NCBI RefSeq assembly: GCF_009914755.1
Contig: NC_060926.1
Length of the DNA: 64,000 nt
Direction: 5' to 3' (one strand)
From: the human T2T-CHM13v2.0 reference genome, Homo sapiens
Part shown: piece after piece, positions 59,246 to 64,000 of the stretch
How the letters are laid out: every line of letters starts with the position of its first letter
How positions within the stretch are numbered: the stretch's first letter is position 1
Translations under genes and position numbers: made by a program
Notes under the pieces: model-generated
Seen by the model: only the letters and a program-made list of their open reading frames with translations
What the model was told of the DNA's origin: nothing
Database searches by the model: none

Positions 59246-61479
59246 AATAGAAAATTATTGATTGAAGGCAATGCATTTTTAAATCACTTTTGATAGCTGA
59301 TTAGGGAGAAAGACCCCATTCCTTGCCTCCTTGCATGTCAGTTTCCTTAGAGGAACTCCAGGGAATAGAGTGCTGAGGATTTCTAGGCTGAGAGAGGAGA
59401 AAGATGTCAGTCACATTCATTATGACACATTTCTGAGGAAATTGAAGCCATGGCCTTGTGTATCTGACACACAAGCTGCCAGGACACACACTCAGGTAAC
59501 CGTCTCTGGGACGTAATCTCACAGTGCAGCTGGAGAAGGATGTGCTTGTGTGTCCCTAGGAGGGGCAGCTCCTCGATGACCAGGATGAGGTCCTGAGCTT
59601 TGGCCTAAGCAAAGCATGATCCCAGAAAAGGCCTGGAACCATCTATCCTGGAGAGGGTGAGTTTTGTTTTCATTTTTTTCCCAGTGTAGCATGGCCGTAG
59701 GAAAGGAAAAAGGATTTCATGATCAGGCCAACACCTAGGAAGAGATAAGAGAGCAGCTACAGAGTTCGGAGGGGAGGAGGAGAGAGCTCAGGGGCAGGAG
59801 GCCAGGGCACCGGCATAAATCCCCGAGAGGGACCTGAACTTGAACTCTCACAGGGTGCTAGAGCCAATCTTATCTCATTCTTGGGGGCAGTGGGAACCCT
59901 GCTGATTTGTGGGTCACAAAATATATACTGTAACTGTGCTCAAAGATTAAATAAATTACCCCAGTTTACAGAGTTACCTTACCCAGCCCCTCTGCTTCTC
60001 CCCTGCCACCCGCCTGAGGCTGTGGCTTCCCCCACTGCCTGGGCACTGCTGGGACCACCCTCTCTGTTCTGGCTGGGAGGCAGATGCCACCCCTCCCCAG
60101 CTCCTGCCTCCCTGGCCCTGTGTAGCCATATCTCGAATCTCTCCTCTGTTCAGCGCACCTTCTTACAGCTCCAGGTTCTTGGACCCCTTCCCAGTCAGAA
60201 TTGTTGAGGGACAGGGAGTCCCCAGAACCTGCAAAGCCCACAGTGGGCTCGGCTTGCTGAAGAACTGCCCCCCATCACATCTCTCAGCCTTTGTGAGCAA
60301 CTGCGTACCCTGGGGTGACCCCTTTAGAGGCGGGTGAGATCGGAGTCCTTGAGGGGTGGGGGTGGCAGGTAGATACTCTAGGTAACATAGCTAACTGATT
60401 CTGATTTCTTTAACCTCATTGGATATATTACCTTGGTAACTCCTCATTGCATGCCTTCGAGGTACGACTAATGTTATCCCTGTTTAAGAGAGGAGGAAAC
60501 TGAGGCCCTAACTTCAAATATGAGGATCCCTCTGAGAGTCAATCAGCATGGAGACGCCAGGGGACTGGGGCTTCTCAGCTGATGGCCAGCAAGCCCTATC
60601 CAGAGACCACTGGGCACAGACCTAAGGCCTCTCCCTGGCCAACTTTAAAGTGAGACCCCTAGGAGGGAGGAAAGCAGATCAAAGTTGAGTGGGACAAGCT
60701 GGTGGTCACAGACATGCTGCTCTGGCCTGGACCAGCTCAAGAGGCCCCAGCAGGGACACACATCTGCACATGTGCCTCCCCAGGGACCTTTGAGAATAAG
60801 GGGATTAGAGGTCACCAAGCAGCAAATGTGATTGCTAAAGGACCTCACTAAAAGAAGAGGATTAGCTGGGGATTTGGAGGAAGTTTCCACAAATCACTTT
60901 GGTTCCTGGTAGCAAAGATTACTTGGGGATCAGAAGAGGTCCCACTGGGCAAGGCAGAAAGAGACAAGTCATGGGATGCTTCCCTGAGGTTGCCAAGACC
61001 CTCCAGGGAGCCCAGGCTGAGGCTCAAGTCAGTGCTGGGGCCGTGGCTGACGAGCCACTCCCGGAGACTGGGCTCTGTGGGAAGGAGCCCTTCCTAGGAG
61101 CCCGATCCTGGGGCTAGTCCCCTCGCCCCTTGGCCTCACTTTCCTACCTGCCAGGTGAGATGCTGGAACCCACTCGGAGGCTCCAGCGCAGTGGGCAGGT
61201 GCCCCAGCCGGCAGGTAGTGGAGACTGGCTTTGATTCCTGGCTCCACTCCCACTAGTGGCTCCTCCCACCCGAGCCCACCTTTCATCCATATACGATGTG
61301 GATAACTGTTTCCTGCAGAAGGTCCTAAGGATGAAAATAAGGTGTTTAAGTGCTCCTCACTTGGCTATCATGGTGACAGCTCAGGTTAGTGTCACCCAAG
61401 GAGTGTCACCCAAGGGTCCTGCCCGCTCACAGTTTTGAAGTGACAGCCTGAGGAGGAGGGCTGTGGCTCCATGGCCCCA

Positions 61480-61498
61480 TGCTGCCACCTGGAGGTCA
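61480..61498 (-). promoter_or_regulatory. CTCF-like motif, reverse orientation
   Basis: Minus strand TGACCTCCAGGTGGCAGCA; one mismatch to CCASYAGRKGGCRS. Confidence 0.4.
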
Positions 61499-61554
61499 CA
61501 GGGAAGGGAATACAATGATAGAGATGGTGATGAAAATGAGCAACATGATGATGA

Positions 61555-61860
61555 TGATAGTAGCCAATAGAGGCAAGTTCTTACCTAGGCACGACCTAAC
61601 GCTTTATACGGTTTATCTCATCCAAGGACGAGATTCCAACTATCTTGTTAAATAAAGTGGCTCAGCTATTTATGTGGCCAGAGACATGACCTGTGTCATT
61701 CTATATAATACTTACAACGACCCTGTCAGAGAGAGATTTATTCTCTCTGCTAAATAGATACAGGGCAACAAGGTTCAGAGACGTAAAGTTACTTCCCAAG
61801 GTCACACAGCAAGTCAATGGCAGAGCTAAGATTGAAATTATATCTGTTTGAAGCCAAAAC
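61555..61860 (-). mobile_element. MIR fragments
   Basis: aggttcagagacgtaaagttacttcccaaggtcacacagcaagtcaatggcagagct. Confidence 0.75.
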
Positions 61861-62297
61861 TCATACATGTCCCTCCACATCCTGTGCCTCCCCCAGAGAT
61901 CTGGTTCCTCAACAGGCTCTGGGCCAGGGGACGGGTCTGGCAGGGAGAACAGGTGTGGCTGTGGAGGGAAGTTCAAGGGAACTCAAGAGCTGTGGTCCAG
62001 GAAGTATCCATGTTTGTCCCGGCTTCATGCTACCCTCCTTTTGCAAGGAGGCAGGTGATTGACCAGTATCAGCCAGATCCTGAGGGCAAGATCACAGCCT
62101 TGCAGACTTCAAAGCTATCCAGGCACTTTCCAAGCAAACATTCATGTTCACAAAGTCTATAGAAATGTAGATTCGCAGGCAGAACTCAGGAGGAAAAGTG
62201 CCATCTCCCATGATTAAGAAAACATTTCCATTTTTATCTGTATATTTCGTGTCTGCATGTTTTATATTTCTCCAATGCATTTAAAATATATTATTTT

Positions 62298-62611
62298 AGC
62301 CATGCACGGTGGCTCACGCCTGTAATCCCAGCACTTTGGGAGGCTGAGGCGGGCGGATCACAAGGTCAGGAGATCGAGACCATCGTGGCTAACACGGTGA
62401 AACCGCATCTCTACTAAAAATACAAAAAATTAGCTGGGCATGGTAGCGGGCGCCTGTAATCCCAGTTACTCAGGAGGCTGAGGCAGGAGAATGGCGTGAA
62501 CTCGGGAGGCGGAGCTTGCAATGAGCCGAGATCATGCTAGTGCACTCCAGCCTGGGCGACAGAGTGAGACACCGTCTCAAAAAACAAAAACAAAAACAAA
62601 AACAAAAAAAA
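62298..62611 (+). mobile_element. AluY with (AAAAAC)n tail
   Basis: ggagatcgagaccatcgtggctaacacggtgaaac, gaatggcgtgaactcgggaggcggagcttgca. Confidence 0.96.
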
Positions 62612-62975
62612 TCATATCACATTGAAAGGACCCTCAGGGATTATCTGGCTCAAGGATAGCACTCAGTGACATATTCAGTGAAGGAAGAGAGAAAAGCTGG
62701 CCTGGGGAAACAGAGGCACAGAGAAGGGAGAGATGTTCTCAAAGTCACACAGCCACAGAATGGGGCCTGAAATGCAGGTCTGCAGACACCAGCCTGTTCT
62801 CTTCCTGCTCGGCTGAATGGCACCCATAATGGCTGCAGGGTCCACCCAGTGGGAGGAGAGGCCAGTGTGCCTGGTGAGATCATTGTGGAGCAGATGAGGA
62901 CTTGAGAGCCGGGGCATAGCCCAGCCAGATTTGTGCTTTTGCCAAATAGCCAAGTCCTCTCCCATTTCTTCTGTT

Positions 62976-63013
62976 GGCTCTGAGAAGATCTGTCGGCTCT
63001 GAGAAGATCTGTC
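62976..63013. repeat. Perfect 19-bp tandem duplication
   Basis: ggctctgagaagatctgtc x2. Confidence 0.95.
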
Positions 63014-63344
63014 TGCTAGAGAGGGAGGGAGGGGCTGATCCTAGGCCTGGGCCTGTTATTCTTTCTTGAGTCATCTTTGCTGCCCTATCTCCTGAGTACT
63101 AGCAAGATCATCTGGTCCTCAGTTCTTTCACCTATCCCCACCCCGGAGGAGATGAGATGTGCTAGAAGTGAGCATCTGTCACTGCCCTCAGCCTCCTCCT
63201 GGGTTTCAGGAGGGTGATAGCCCCTCATTCAGCTACCATGGACCACACTGTGCACCAAAGACCGCGCTGGGTGCATTGACATTATCTTATTCAATTCTCA
63301 CAGCAACCTCAAGAGGCAGTATTCCCAACTCCCTGCCTTTTAGA

Positions 63345-63582
63345 TACACTTGATTTTTTCAAAACGGTTTTAGGTTCACAGCAAGGCTGAGCAGAAAGTA
63401 CAGAGAGTTCCTGTATACCCTCTGCCCCCACATATGCACAGCCTCCCCGTGGCCAGCATCCCACACCAGAGTGGCACATGTGATAAAATCAGTGAGTCTA
63501 TGTCTATACAGCATGATCACTCACAGTCCGAAGGTTTTTCTTCACTCTTGGTGACGTACAATCTGTGGGTTTGGACAAGTGG
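63345..63582 (-). mobile_element. L1MC (L1MC1/2-like) 3' terminal fragment
   Basis: gttttaggttcacagca...agaaagtacagagagttcc...catcccacaccagagtgg. Confidence 0.85.
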
Positions 63583-64000
63583 TAGTATTTTAAAATGCCC
63601 ACTTGACAGAGGAGAGCAGCTAGGCCCCGAGGTTAGGGTCAGGGTTGAACAGCTGGGAGGTAGGTGGCAGGGATGGAGCCTTGATGGGTGGAGGAAAGGC
63701 TTCATGCTAACAAGCTCTCTCGGCCCCAGGACCCCATGGAAATGTCAATATTGTACCTGGTTTCCCAAATGAAAATCAAATAGGGCACATGGGTCTGCTT
63801 AATGGGTGATGAAGTTCCAGTGGCTCCAACAGAGGTAAAATTGATTCATATTTGTCAGGCTGGGAAACGGGAGAACTAGGCTCCAGGACCTCCTGGCCTC
63901 TTGCCTGGCAGCTCCTTTAGGCATATTTTTGGACAGGCCACACAGCTTCCTACTGAGGGCTCGCGAGGCAACAGGCGCAAGCTGGCCCCTGGAGATCAAC

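Overview
This is primate, most likely human, non-coding genomic DNA that is intergenic or deep intronic. The evidence is 16 Alu elements (including three AluY), THE1/MST LTRs, a MER57 LTR and an LTR13 (HERV-K group) solo LTR. I can support no protein-coding gene, RNA gene or CRISPR-type system. The supplied ORFs are short, often start at non-ATG codons, and are Alu/L1/L2/LTR-derived or look random. The window alternates GC-richer blocks of MIR/L2/MaLR/MER fragments and unique sequence (about 1-21 kb, 32-50.7 kb, 59.3-64 kb) with two AT-rich blocks of decayed L1 (about 21.2-32.1 kb and 50.7-59 kb). Many insertions keep readable target-site duplications (TSDs), so a nested insertion history can be read directly. 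The most interesting signals are candidate regulatory elements: a perfect 20-bp palindromic four-unit heat-shock element with a duplicated partner (5172-5220), a triple AP-1 + G-quadruplex + CTCF-like module (19391-19510), a CDX/FOX/HNF4/AP-1 cluster (17151-17366), a set of convergent CTCF motifs including one carried by LTR13, and a few candidate non-coding exons. I found no convincing previously undescribed biological system. Repeat subfamily names come from recalled consensus sequences, and boundaries without TSDs are approximate. All should be confirmed with RepeatMasker/Dfam.
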